NCBI RefSeq assembly: GCF_039912695.1
Contig: NZ_JBDSPJ010000022.1
Coordinates: 246,522-310,521 of the forward strand
Length of the DNA: 64,000 nucleotides
Reading direction: 5' to 3'
Source of the DNA: Pseudolysinimonas sp.
GTDB lineage: Bacteria > Actinomycetota > Actinomycetes > Actinomycetales > Microbacteriaceae
The notes under the pieces are model-generated. The model was not told the origin of the DNA, ran no database searches, and worked only from the letters and a program-made list of their open reading frames with translations. Within the stretch, counting starts at the first letter, position 1. Every line of letters begins with the position of its first letter. Positions 9,647-19,046 of the stretch are shown one piece after another. A program made the position numbers and the translations under genes.

Positions 9647-11128
9647 ATGACTTCGACTCCACCGCATCTGCGCGCATTCGACGCACCGACCGGAATGCCG
9701 TTTGGCTCGGCCGAGTTTCTCATTGGTGCGACTCCAACGCTCGGGGCGGCCGTCGATCTCGCGACGCACGGCTACATCGAGACCGAGTTCCTCGCCGCAG
9801 GGGAGGCCTCGACCTGGGCGGTTTCTGAGGTGCCCGGAGTGCCGACCGAAGTTGGACACCCTCATGCCTACGTGACGCGCCTACTCGTGCGCCGCCCGCT
9901 CGACCCTTCCCGCGCGAGCGGAACCGTGCACCTTGAGGTGCTTCACCCGATGCAGGAGGAGGCGCTTACCTGGGCGGCAGCTGGAGAGCACATCGTGCGT
10001 TCGGGAGATGCCTGGGTCGGAGTAACGGTATACGCGCATATGGCCACGTTTCTCCGCGAAGTCGTCGACCCCATCCGCTACGCGGAACTTGACATTCCGG
10101 CTGAGGGTCTCGAATGGGACATCCTCGGCGGTGTCGCCTCCGCGCTTCGCGATGGCGGCGTGCCCGTACTTCGCCCCGAACGCATCCTGTTGTCGGGCTG
10201 GTCCGCCACGGGCAGCTTCGTCCGCGTGTTCCTGCGCGAAGGTTTTGCCGGTCGTCACCCGAACTCCGTTGATGGCGCGGTCATCTTCATCTCATCCGGC
10301 GGCGCGGGCGATGCCGGATACCCCCCGCTGTCGGCAGCATCGGCGCCCTTGCCGCCCCTCGACCCGCGTCGGATGGTGCGCGACGTCGGCGTGCCGGTGT
10401 TCGAGGTGCTCAGTGAATGCGAATCCGAGACTCACTTTCATCAGCTGCGGGAGGACTCCGACCACATCGGCGACGCCTACCGGCTGTACCAGGTCGCCGG
10501 CACGGGTCACATCGAGGCGTGGTCGCACGGACGTCTGAGCAACAACGCACAGCTCGCCGCGATCGGCCAGGAAATGCCCGAGACGCCGATACTCGAGGAA
10601 GAGTCGGATGGACGGCTCGACCTCGTGGCGCGCGCGGTGCTGCAACGGATGGATGACTGGGTCGCCCAGCGACGCGTCCCGCCGCGCGCGGATCGCTTGA
10701 CGTTCGCCGAAGACCCCGAGGGTGTGGATCCCGACTCGCCCCCGGCGAAGGGCCGCGATCTCTCGCGCGACGCTGACGGCAACGTGACCGGGGGCGTACG
10801 CACACCCTGGATCGTCGCGCCACTCGGACGGTATTTTCCCCACGGCACCCCGGCACCCCGCACCCCCGCACCCGGCGCCGGCAAGCTGCCGGATTGGACG
10901 CCGTTCGGAGACCCCGCGATTGGGGCGTGGCTGCGCGCGACCGTCGAGCGATTCCCCGTCACACAGGTCCTCGAGCGATTTCCTCTCGAATCGGATTACC
11001 GCACCGCGTTTACCGCGGCGACGCGCCAGCTGACCGAGGCCGGGCTGCTGCTGACGACGGACGCTGAAGAACTGCTCGAGTCGGTCAACCCGCGGTGGGT
11101 TGCCGCGACGCGCGCGACTGACCGCTAG
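9647..11128 (+). CDS. Alpha/beta-hydrolase-like protein of unknown function
   Basis: 493-aa ORF with good G/C third-position bias. Possible nucleophile elbow GWSATG. It resembles uncharacterised alpha/beta-hydrolase-domain proteins; this is from memory and tentative. Confidence 0.6.
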   Translation: MTSTPPHLRAFDAPTGMPFGSAEFLIGATPTLGAAVDLATHGYIETEFLAAGEASTWAVSEVPGVPTEVGHPHAYVTRLLVRRPLDPSRASGTVHLEVLHPMQEEALTWAAAGEHIVRSGDAWVGVTVYAHMATFLREVVDPIRYAELDIPAEGLEWDILGGVASALRDGGVPVLRPERILLSGWSATGSFVRVFLREGFAGRHPNSVDGAVIFISSGGAGDAGYPPLSAASAPLPPLDPRRMVRDVGVPVFEVLSECESETHFHQLREDSDHIGDAYRLYQVAGTGHIEAWSHGRLSNNAQLAAIGQEMPETPILEEESDGRLDLVARAVLQRMDDWVAQRRVPPRADRLTFAEDPEGVDPDSPPAKGRDLSRDADGNVTGGVRTPWIVAPLGRYFPHGTPAPRTPAPGAGKLPDWTPFGDPAIGAWLRATVERFPVTQVLERFPLESDYRTAFTAATRQLTEAGLLLTTDAEELLESVNPRWVAATRATDR

Positions 11129-12282
11129 GTCGAGCGCTCCCCCACCCTGACGATGCCGTCCTGCCAGGTGAAGGTCGTGTCGAATCCTGCCTCACGCGAA
11201 ATGCGCGCGATGTAGGCGGTCACCGAAATCCCCCGATCGTCGTCGCCGTGGGGCACGGGCCGCGCGTCGTCGTCAATCCAACAGGGAATGAAGCCCGCCC
11301 GAAGCCCGTCGTCGTCGGCATCGAGAACGGCGATCATTGTGTTGCGGCTCTCCGGATGAAACGGGTAGACCGGCATCGCCGGATCGGGTTCGAACCCAAA
11401 CAGACGGCGACGCCGACGAGCCCATGCCTGCCGCTCGGGGCTATCGGCCTGACTGGTCGCGAGGGCGTTCGTGACGGTCACGAAGTTGCCGAGGCCATGA
11501 AAGATCGGCCTGCCTCGGTACATCTCGATTCCGCGCAGGATGTGCGCGTGATGCCCGATCACGGCGTGCGCTCCGGCATCTATCGCGGCATGTGCGACCT
11601 CGATCTCATAGTCGGCAACATCAACCGGGACGTGCCCGATGCCCTTGTGCAACGCGACGATGGGGATCTGCACTGTCGCGGCAAGGTCTTTGACATCAGC
11701 GACAAAGGAAGCGAGAGAGGTTCGGTCGGCAAACGTGTAGACCGACGGCGGGCCGCCAGGATTCGCGGTGTCGAGCTCGTAGTGCGTGATGACCCGCACG
11801 TACGCCGCGCCGGCCTTTGCGCTCGTCGCCCACGACTCGCGCGGCCCGACGCAGTTGTAGCTCACAACCCCGATGGAACGGCCGAGGCGTTCGACGATCG
11901 CCGGCTTTCGGGCTGCTGCGAGATGGGCGCCGGCTCCGGTCACCGTCATCCCCGCGCCCGTGGCTGTCGCGATTGTGTCGGAGATCCCTTGGGGGCCGCA
12001 GTCGTACACGTGGTTGCCGGCGAGTGTGCCGACCGCGAATCCGACCTCCGCTGCGGCGACCAGGTTGGCGGGATCGGCGGGTGGCGCGGGAACGTCGAGC
12101 GTCGCGACCTCGGTCGATGTCGAATGCGGCACTTCGATCTGACCGATCGCGAGGTGCGCGCTTCTGATCAGATCACGCGTCGGTTCGAACCAGCGGGCGA
12201 TGTCGGGTTGGTCGAGCACGAGATCGCCGACCGCGAGGATGCGGACGGTCGTCGAGCTCGTCGCCTCGATAGGGTTCATCAC
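11125..12282 (-). CDS. CapA-family (PGA_cap, metallophosphatase-like) protein
   Basis: 385-aa ORF with the motifs ILAVGDLVL, TLAGNHVYDCG and IGHHAHILRGIEMYRGRPIFHGLGNFV, which are typical of CapA family proteins. Confidence 0.75.
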   Translation of the reverse strand: MMNPIEATSSTTVRILAVGDLVLDQPDIARWFEPTRDLIRSAHLAIGQIEVPHSTSTEVATLDVPAPPADPANLVAAAEVGFAVGTLAGNHVYDCGPQGISDTIATATGAGMTVTGAGAHLAAARKPAIVERLGRSIGVVSYNCVGPRESWATSAKAGAAYVRVITHYELDTANPGGPPSVYTFADRTSLASFVADVKDLAATVQIPIVALHKGIGHVPVDVADYEIEVAHAAIDAGAHAVIGHHAHILRGIEMYRGRPIFHGLGNFVTVTNALATSQADSPERQAWARRRRRLFGFEPDPAMPVYPFHPESRNTMIAVLDADDDGLRAGFIPCWIDDDARPVPHGDDDRGISVTAYIARISREAGFDTTFTWQDGIVRVGERST

Positions 12283-12300
12283 GATTGTCCCCCGCCCGGC

Positions 12301-13242
12301 TCAGGCGGGAGTGACACTGCGGTCGAGCTCCGCCGGGAGCGCGGGGAAGGGTGGGTCACCAACGGTTTGGAGGTGATCGGAGAGTTCGACGGACAGGTCT
12401 TCCTGGATGTCGTCGGCCGACCAGCCGCCCTCATGGAAGTAGGACTCGAGCACCTCGGGGTGACGCCACAGCTGGAGCCGGTCTCCGCCCGCTCCGATGA
12501 CTTGTCCCGTGATCGCCGCGGCTTCGTCGGAGGCGAGCCAGACGACCAGGCCCGCGACATCCTCCGCAGTGCCGAATCCCAGATCGTGCCGGAAGAACGC
12601 CGGCATCGCCTCGCCCCGGTCAGCTGCCTCCACGGCCGCGGCGAAGTACGGGATCGTTGCCGTCATCGCCGTCGCCGCGACGGGAATGACCGCGTTCGCG
12701 GTGACGCCGGCCTTCTTCATCTCAATCGCCCAGGTTCGGATCATCCCGACCACTCCGGCCTTCGCCGCGGCGTAGTTGGTCTGGCCGAAGTTGCCCCGCT
12801 GCCCGGTCGGCGATCCGATCGCGATGATGCGGCCGGGCTTCTCGTGCTCTTTGAAATAGCCAAAGGCCGCCCGTGCGCAGGTGAAGGTGCCGCGCAGGTG
12901 CACACCGATGACGGCATCGAAGTCGTCATCGGTCATCTTCAGAAAGGACTTGTCGCGAAGGATTCCTGCGTTCGTCACGAGGATGTCGAGCGAGCCGAAC
13001 TCGGTCACGGCCGTGTCGACCAAGCTTTGTGCCACCCCAGAGGTGGCGACCGGTGCAACGAACGCGGTCGCCCTTCCCCCGTCCGCCACAATCCGCGCGA
13101 CGGTTCGGTCGGCAGCCTCAGCCGACACGTCGTTGATGACGACTGCCGCTCCCGCCCGCGCCAGGGCTGCCGCGTAGGCAGCCCCGAGTCCTGCTCCACT
13201 GCCCGTGACGATCGCGACTTTGCCGGTGAGCGAGATGGGCAT
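12301..13242 (-). CDS. SDR-family oxidoreductase (3-hydroxyacyl-CoA dehydrogenase-like) with C-terminal extension
   Basis: ORF 12301..13326 trimmed to ATG 13242, preceded by AAAGGAG. Rossmann motif TGSGAGLG and catalytic YAAAK. Confidence 0.8.
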   Translation of the reverse strand: MPISLTGKVAIVTGSGAGLGAAYAAALARAGAAVVINDVSAEAADRTVARIVADGGRATAFVAPVATSGVAQSLVDTAVTEFGSLDILVTNAGILRDKSFLKMTDDDFDAVIGVHLRGTFTCARAAFGYFKEHEKPGRIIAIGSPTGQRGNFGQTNYAAAKAGVVGMIRTWAIEMKKAGVTANAVIPVAATAMTATIPYFAAAVEAADRGEAMPAFFRHDLGFGTAEDVAGLVVWLASDEAAAITGQVIGAGGDRLQLWRHPEVLESYFHEGGWSADDIQEDLSVELSDHLQTVGDPPFPALPAELDRSVTPA

Positions 13243-13303
13243 ACGAGGCTCCTTTGGGTGCGTCGCCGCCCTGTCAGGCCGATCGAACAGCGTGCCTGAC
13301 TTT

Positions 13304-13327
13304 ATCAGGTTGCTTGATGATATCAAG
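13304..13327. promoter_or_regulatory. Candidate operator ATCAGG-TTG-CTTGAT overlapping CTTGAT-GAT-ATCAAG
   Basis: Lies 62 nt upstream of the SDR start. It has the same half-sites as the 9600-9614 site. Confidence 0.45.
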
Positions 13328-13423
13328 CCCTACCCCGGCGGCAACGAGACGCCTTCACGACCGCACACACCCACGCATCCGGCCTCGATTGCTCGACCGA
13401 ATTCAGGAGGCTAAGCCTCGGCG

Positions 13424-13618
13424 TCAGATCCCGATGTCGTCGCCGTTGTTCATCCGCTCGACCAACTCGGCATCGGCGGCCGACAACATGTCACCCGACG
13501 GGCCACCGGCTGCGACGACCTCGGCGCTGATCTCCGGCGGAATCGGTGTCTCCATGTTCTGCAAGAACCAGACCTTGGTGTCTTCGGACAACTTCGGGAA
13601 CCACTGTGTGAACTCCAT
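13424..13618 (-). CDS. Small hypothetical protein (64 aa)
   Basis: The ORF has a normal amino-acid composition (MEFTQWFPKLSEDTKVWFLQNMETPIPPEISAEVV…), unlike the R/S/P-rich shadow frames. I recognise no family. Confidence 0.45.
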   Translation of the reverse strand: MEFTQWFPKLSEDTKVWFLQNMETPIPPEISAEVVAAGGPSGDMLSAADAELVERMNNGDDIGI

Positions 13619-13693
13619 GACGTGATCCTTTCAGGTCCGGGTCGCATCGACAATTGCGCGAGAATATCGACAGGCGTGCAACAAGCGAACGGG

Positions 13694-15421
13694 ATGACGA
13701 TGTCCAACGATGGGCTGCGCAGCGACGAGTGGTACGCGGGCACCGACCGTAACTCCTACATCCACCGGGCTTGGATGCGGCGGGGCGTTCCGGGCAACGC
13801 GTTCGAGGGCCGGCCGCAGATCGCCATCGCGAACACCGCCTCCGACCTGACCCCGTGCAACTCCCACCTGACCGAGATCGCCCAGTCGGTGAAGAACGGC
13901 ATCTACGAGGCCGGCGGCATCCCGCTCGAGTTGCCGGTGGTGTCGATGGGTGAAACCCAAGTTCGGCCGACGGCGATGCTGTGGCGCAACATGGCCGCGA
14001 TGGCGACCGAAGAGATGCTGCGCGCCAACCCGATCGACGGAGTTGTGTTGCTCGGCGGCTGTGACAAGACGATCCCGGCGCTGCTGATGGCGGCGGCATC
14101 CGTCGATCTGCCGGCCGTCGTCGTGCCGGGCGGGCCGATGCTGACCGGACACTTCCGCGGTGAAGCTCTCGGCTGCGGAACGGATGTCTGGCGCCTGAGC
14201 GAAGAGGTTCGTGCGGGCACCCTGTCGAACGAGTCGTTCCTGCAGTCGGAGGGCGCGACGATCCGCAGCGCGGGCCACTGCAACACGATGGGCACGGCGT
14301 CGACGATGGCGCTGGTCGCGGAAGCGCTCGGCACGGTCATCCCCGGGCTCGCCGGAACGCCCGCGCCCGACAACCGCCTCAAGCAGGCTGCACACGAGAC
14401 CGGGCGCCTTGCCGTCGAGCTAGTGCGAAAAGACCGTCGGCCCAGCACGTTTCTGACGAAGGCGTCATTCCACAACGCGATCGTCGCCCTCGCCGCGATC
14501 GGCGGTTCGACCAACGCCGTCGTGCACCTGCTCGCGATCGCCGGACGCCTCGGCATCGAGTTGAGCATCGACGACTTCGACCGCATCGGGGCGAACGTTC
14601 CGCTGCTGGTCAACCTCCAGCCGGCCGGCCAGTACCTGATGGATGACCTCTACCGCGCGGGCGGCTTCCTCGCCGTGCTGCGCGAGGTGAAAGACCTGCT
14701 CGACCCGTCGGCACTGACTATCACCGGCAAGCCGCTCGTCGACTACCTCGACGATGCCCAGATCTGGGATGCCGACGTCATCACTCCACGCGACGCCCCC
14801 CTGCTGCCGTCGGCCGGAATCGCCGTACTGCGTGGCACCCTCGCTCCCGGTGGGGCGATCATCAAGCCGGCCGCGGCATCCCCCCATCTGTTGAAGCACC
14901 GCGGCAAGGCGGTCGTGTTTGACTCGATCGAAGACTTCCGCGCCCGCATCGATGACCCCGAACTGGATGTCGACGCCAACTCGGTTCTCGTGCTGCGGGG
15001 CTGCGGTCCCGTCGGCTACCCCGGAATGCCTGAGGTCGCGAACATGCCGCTGCCGACGAAGTTGCTCGAGCAGGGGGTGCGCGACATGGTGCGCATCTGC
15101 GACGGCCGGATGAGCGGTACCGCCTACGGCACCGTCGTGCTGCACGTCACGCCCGAGTCCGCCGCCGGAGGGCCGCTCTCGCTCGTGCAAACCGGCGACT
15201 GGATTTCGCTCGACGTGCGGGGCAAGAAACTCGACCTTGAGGTCTCGGCCGAAGAACTCGCTCTGCGCCAACCGAACGCCGCCACCGTCGCGGGATACGC
15301 GAAACCGCGCCGTGGCTGGGAGAGGCTGTACGTCGACCACGTCATGCAGGCCGACACCGGCGCCGACCTCGACTTTCTGGTCGGATCGTCGGGCTCGGTC
15401 GTCAGTCGCGAATCCCACTGA
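13694..15421 (+). CDS. IlvD/Edd-family sugar-acid dehydratase
   Basis: ORF 13622..15421 trimmed to ATG 13694 (MTMSNDGLRSDEWYAGTDRNSYIHRAWMRRG…). The length and conserved blocks (IAIANTASDLTPCNSHL, GGCDKTIPA) fit the IlvD/Edd family. Confidence 0.85.
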   Translation: MTMSNDGLRSDEWYAGTDRNSYIHRAWMRRGVPGNAFEGRPQIAIANTASDLTPCNSHLTEIAQSVKNGIYEAGGIPLELPVVSMGETQVRPTAMLWRNMAAMATEEMLRANPIDGVVLLGGCDKTIPALLMAAASVDLPAVVVPGGPMLTGHFRGEALGCGTDVWRLSEEVRAGTLSNESFLQSEGATIRSAGHCNTMGTASTMALVAEALGTVIPGLAGTPAPDNRLKQAAHETGRLAVELVRKDRRPSTFLTKASFHNAIVALAAIGGSTNAVVHLLAIAGRLGIELSIDDFDRIGANVPLLVNLQPAGQYLMDDLYRAGGFLAVLREVKDLLDPSALTITGKPLVDYLDDAQIWDADVITPRDAPLLPSAGIAVLRGTLAPGGAIIKPAAASPHLLKHRGKAVVFDSIEDFRARIDDPELDVDANSVLVLRGCGPVGYPGMPEVANMPLPTKLLEQGVRDMVRICDGRMSGTAYGTVVLHVTPESAAGGPLSLVQTGDWISLDVRGKKLDLEVSAEELALRQPNAATVAGYAKPRRGWERLYVDHVMQADTGADLDFLVGSSGSVVSRESH

Positions 15422-15478
15422 CCCGAATTTCACTGACTCGAATCACACCGCCGCGAATCACCCCGAACGGAGCCCCGG

Positions 15479-16222
15479 ATGCCTGAGATGACCGAGAAAC
15501 TCGTCGCAATCGTGACCGGCGGCGCGGGCGGAATCGGCCAGCGCACGGTTGCGCTCCTGCGCGAACGCGGCTTCGAAGCGGTCATTTTCGATCGCGACAT
15601 CTCGGCCGCGCCTGACGGCATCCCGGCCTTCCTCTGCGACATCACCGACGACGACGCGGTGAAGGACGCCGTGGATGCGGTGGTCGCGCGCTTCGGACGA
15701 CTCGATGTGGTCGTCAACAACGCGGGCATCGGCGCGACCGGAGACGTGACCGCGAACGACGCTGCCGAATGGCACCGGGTCTTCGACGTCAACGTCGTGT
15801 CGATCGCGCGGATGAGTGTGGCGGCTCTCCCCCACCTGCGCAGGTCGCCGCATCCCGTGATCGTCAACGTCTCGTCGATCGTCGAGACCGTCGGCGTCGT
15901 CAACCGTGCCCTCTACAGCGCTACGAAGGGCGCAGTCTCAGCACTCACCCTCGCAATGGCGGCGGATCATCTGAAGGACGGCATCCGGGTCAACGCTGTC
16001 GCGCCCGGCACCGTCGACACGGCCTGGGTCGGGCGGCTGATCGGCGCCGCCGATGACCCGGTCGCCGCGGCCGAGGCGCTGCGTAAGCGTCAGCCGATCG
16101 GGCGCCTGGTCACCCCCGACGAGGTCGCCCTCGCGATCGCCTACCTCGTCGACCCGGCCGCTGGTTCGACCACCGGACTGGTGTTGCTCGTCGACGGCGG
16201 CATGGGAGCGCTGCGGGTATGA
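15479..16222 (+). CDS. SDR-family oxidoreductase
   Basis: 247 aa with VTGGAGGIG, NNAG and YSATKGAV motifs. It has a 4-nt overlap with the next gene. Confidence 0.85.
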   Translation: MPEMTEKLVAIVTGGAGGIGQRTVALLRERGFEAVIFDRDISAAPDGIPAFLCDITDDDAVKDAVDAVVARFGRLDVVVNNAGIGATGDVTANDAAEWHRVFDVNVVSIARMSVAALPHLRRSPHPVIVNVSSIVETVGVVNRALYSATKGAVSALTLAMAADHLKDGIRVNAVAPGTVDTAWVGRLIGAADDPVAAAEALRKRQPIGRLVTPDEVALAIAYLVDPAAGSTTGLVLLVDGGMGALRV

Positions 16223-17103
16223 CGCTGGTCGTCGCGACGGGGGAAAGTTTCGACCTCGCGGAAGGTCCGCTCTGGGATCCGATCCGCGGGGTGTTGCTCT
16301 GGGTCGACATCCGCACGGGCACGGTTCTGTCGGGCACGCTCAATGCAAACGGCACGATCACGACGCTCGACCGGGTCGCGTTTCCCGGTACTACCGGTGC
16401 AGTCGCGGTTTCTGAGGCGGGCGACTGGATCGTCGCCGGCGCCGAGGAGATCCTGGTGCACCAGCCGAGCGGCGAGATCGTGACCGGTCCGCGGATCGTC
16501 CCTCCGGCATCCGGTCGTCGCCTGAACGAGGGGAAGGTCGACCCGCTGGGCCGGTTCCTGGTCGGAACCTGCCGCCCCGACGACGGACCCACGGTGATCG
16601 AGACGCTCTCGGTGGTGCATTCCGACGGTCGCGTCGAGGTGCTCGACGACGACCTGACCCTCTCGAATGGACTCGGCTGGTCGCCCGACGCCTCGACGAT
16701 GTACAGCATCGATACCGTCGCGCGGATTGTGAACTCTCGACCATTCGATCCGGTCACCGGGGCCCTCGGACCGCGCGAGGTATTTCTCACGCTCGACGAG
16801 GGCTACCCCGACGGCATGTGTGTGGATGTCGAAGGTCACGTCTGGATCGCGATCTGGAGCCTCGGCCAGGTGCGTCGCTACTCCCCCGCTGCCGAACTGG
16901 TGCAGGTGATCGACGTGCCCGCCCCGAACACCTCGTGCGTCGCGTTCGCCGGACCCGACCTCGCCACCCTGGTCATCACGACCGCAACCAAAGACCTCGC
17001 GCCCGAAGCGCTCGCGCAGTACCCGCTGTCGGGCCACCTGTTCACCCTCGATCCGGGAGTGCGCGGCCTGCCCGCGAACCTCTGGTCGGGGCTCCCCGCC
17101 TAA
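16219..17103 (+). CDS. SMP-30/gluconolactonase/LRE-family lactonase
   Basis: 294 aa. The N-terminal LAEGPLWDPIRGVLLWVDI and repeated beta-propeller-like blocks (NGLGWSPD, PDGMCVD) fit this family. Confidence 0.8.
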   Translation: MTLVVATGESFDLAEGPLWDPIRGVLLWVDIRTGTVLSGTLNANGTITTLDRVAFPGTTGAVAVSEAGDWIVAGAEEILVHQPSGEIVTGPRIVPPASGRRLNEGKVDPLGRFLVGTCRPDDGPTVIETLSVVHSDGRVEVLDDDLTLSNGLGWSPDASTMYSIDTVARIVNSRPFDPVTGALGPREVFLTLDEGYPDGMCVDVEGHVWIAIWSLGQVRRYSPAAELVQVIDVPAPNTSCVAFAGPDLATLVITTATKDLAPEALAQYPLSGHLFTLDPGVRGLPANLWSGLPA

Positions 17104-17125
17104 TCACCCCAACGAAGAGGAACAC

Positions 17126-18031
17126 ATGAAGCTCTTGCGCGTCGGCCCTGTGGGGTCGGAAAAGCCCGCCGCTCTGGTCTCTGATGGCACAGTCTCGGAA
17201 AGCACGTACGTCGACCTGTCAGATGTGGTGGATGACTTCAACGAGGAATTCTTCGGAAGCGGCGGGCTCGACCGCATCCGGCCGATCGTCGCCGAGCGGA
17301 TCGCATCCGGGACGCCCCTGTCGCTCGAAGGCGTGCGGGTCGGTGCGCCATTCACGCGGCCGCACCAGATTCTGTGCATCGGACTGAACTACAGCGACCA
17401 CGCCGCCGAAACCGGCGCCGAGGTGCCGAGCGAGCCCATCCTGTTCACCAAGTCGCCGAACACCCTGATCGGGCCCAACGACGACGTGCGCATCCCGCGC
17501 GGCTCGACCAAGCCCGACTGGGAGGTCGAACTGGGCATCGTGATCAGCAAGCGCACCTCGTACCTGAACTCGATCGAGGAGGCACGCGACCACGTCGCCG
17601 GGTTCACTGTCGTCAACGACGTCAGCGAGCGCGCCTTCCAAATTGAACGCCTCGGCCAGTGGAGCAAAGGCAAGTCGGCCGAGACCTTCAACCCGGCAGG
17701 CCCATGGCTGGTCACCCCCGACGAGATTCCCGACGTTCTCAATCTCGGGATGTGGCTCGACATCAACGGCGCGCGCCGGCAGACCGGCTCGACCTCGACG
17801 ATGGTCTTCGATCCCTATTTCATCGTGCACTACCTCAGCCAGTTCCTCGTGCTCGAGCCCGGCGATCTGATCAACACCGGCACCCCGCCCGGCGTCGGCA
17901 TGGGCATGAAGCCGCAAGTCTGGCTGCAACCCGGGGATGTCATGGAACTCGGTATTGACGGACTCGGCAGTCAGCGGCAGAACGTCATCGCGCCGAGGGT
18001 CTCGGCTCCAGGGGCTTCGGCGACGGAATGA
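17126..18031 (+). CDS. Fumarylacetoacetate hydrolase (FAH)-family protein
   Basis: 301 aa with GLNYSDHAAE, FTKSPNTLIGP and GDLINTGTPPGVG blocks, which are typical of the FAH fold. Confidence 0.85.
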   Translation: MKLLRVGPVGSEKPAALVSDGTVSESTYVDLSDVVDDFNEEFFGSGGLDRIRPIVAERIASGTPLSLEGVRVGAPFTRPHQILCIGLNYSDHAAETGAEVPSEPILFTKSPNTLIGPNDDVRIPRGSTKPDWEVELGIVISKRTSYLNSIEEARDHVAGFTVVNDVSERAFQIERLGQWSKGKSAETFNPAGPWLVTPDEIPDVLNLGMWLDINGARRQTGSTSTMVFDPYFIVHYLSQFLVLEPGDLINTGTPPGVGMGMKPQVWLQPGDVMELGIDGLGSQRQNVIAPRVSAPGASATE

Positions 18032-19038
18032 AAGCGTTCGTCGTCACCGGCCCGCACCAGGCCGGCGTGCAGGAGGTTGACCCTCCCGTCGCCGGGCCAG
18101 GTGAGGTCGTCGTCGACGTGCAGCGAGCGGGAGTCTGCGGCACCGACATCGAGTTCTTCACCGGCGAAATGCAGTACCTCCACGACGGGTTCGCGCACTA
18201 CCCGATGCGGCTGGGCCACGAATGGATGGGAACTGTCACCGCGCTCGGCGACGGCGTCAACCCCCGGTGGCTCGGCCGGCGCGTCACGGGCGACACGATG
18301 TTGGGATGCGGGGAGTGCCGCCGCTGCACCTCCGGGTATCAGCACGTCTGCGAGAACCGCACCGAAATCGGCATCAGGAACGGGCGACCGGGAGCGCTGG
18401 CCGAGCAGGTCGCGGTACCCGAGCGCGCTCTGCGCGAGTTACCGGATGGGGTGGATGACGCACTCGGCGCCCTCGTCGAACCCGGCGGCAACGCGCTGCG
18501 GTCGGTACAGGGCGCCGCACTTCGACCGGGGGATCGTGCCCTTGTGCTCGGACCCGGCACGATCGGCCTTCTCGTGGGGATGTTCGCACGGGCTGCCGGC
18601 GCCGAGGTGCACCTGATGGGTCGCGGCGACCGGTCACTCGCGTTCGCCCGCACCCTCGGCTTCGACGGGGTCTGGACCGAAGACGCCCTCCCCGAACTGC
18701 CGTGGGATGCCGTCATCGACGCGTCGAACGCCCCGGCACTCCCGGCCAAAGCGCTCGAACTCGTCGAGCCGGGCAAGCGGGTCGTCTACGTCGGACTCGC
18801 CGGATCGCAGAGTCTGATCGACACCCGCACCCTGGCCCTGAAAGACGTCACGGCGGTCGGCATCCTGAGTGCCTCTCCGGGTCTCAGCGCGACGATCGAC
18901 GCCTACGCCCGCGGCGACGTCGACCCGCGGCCCCTCATCGCGGCGACCGTCACCCTCGACGACCTCGCCCCGGTGCTCGCCGGTGAACGTCCCGACGGCG
19001 CCGGGCCCGGCCCGAAGTTCCACATCGGGATCGACTAG
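18028..19038 (+). CDS. Zinc-type (MDR) alcohol/sugar dehydrogenase
   Basis: 336 aa. Catalytic-zinc residues in VCGTD and GHEWMG. Structural zinc motif CGECRRCTSGYQHVC (C-x2-C-x2-C-x7-C). Rossmann motif GPGTIGLL. Confidence 0.85.
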   Translation: MKAFVVTGPHQAGVQEVDPPVAGPGEVVVDVQRAGVCGTDIEFFTGEMQYLHDGFAHYPMRLGHEWMGTVTALGDGVNPRWLGRRVTGDTMLGCGECRRCTSGYQHVCENRTEIGIRNGRPGALAEQVAVPERALRELPDGVDDALGALVEPGGNALRSVQGAALRPGDRALVLGPGTIGLLVGMFARAAGAEVHLMGRGDRSLAFARTLGFDGVWTEDALPELPWDAVIDASNAPALPAKALELVEPGKRVVYVGLAGSQSLIDTRTLALKDVTAVGILSASPGLSATIDAYARGDVDPRPLIAATVTLDDLAPVLAGERPDGAGPGPKFHIGID

Positions 19039-19046
19039 CGCGGTCG

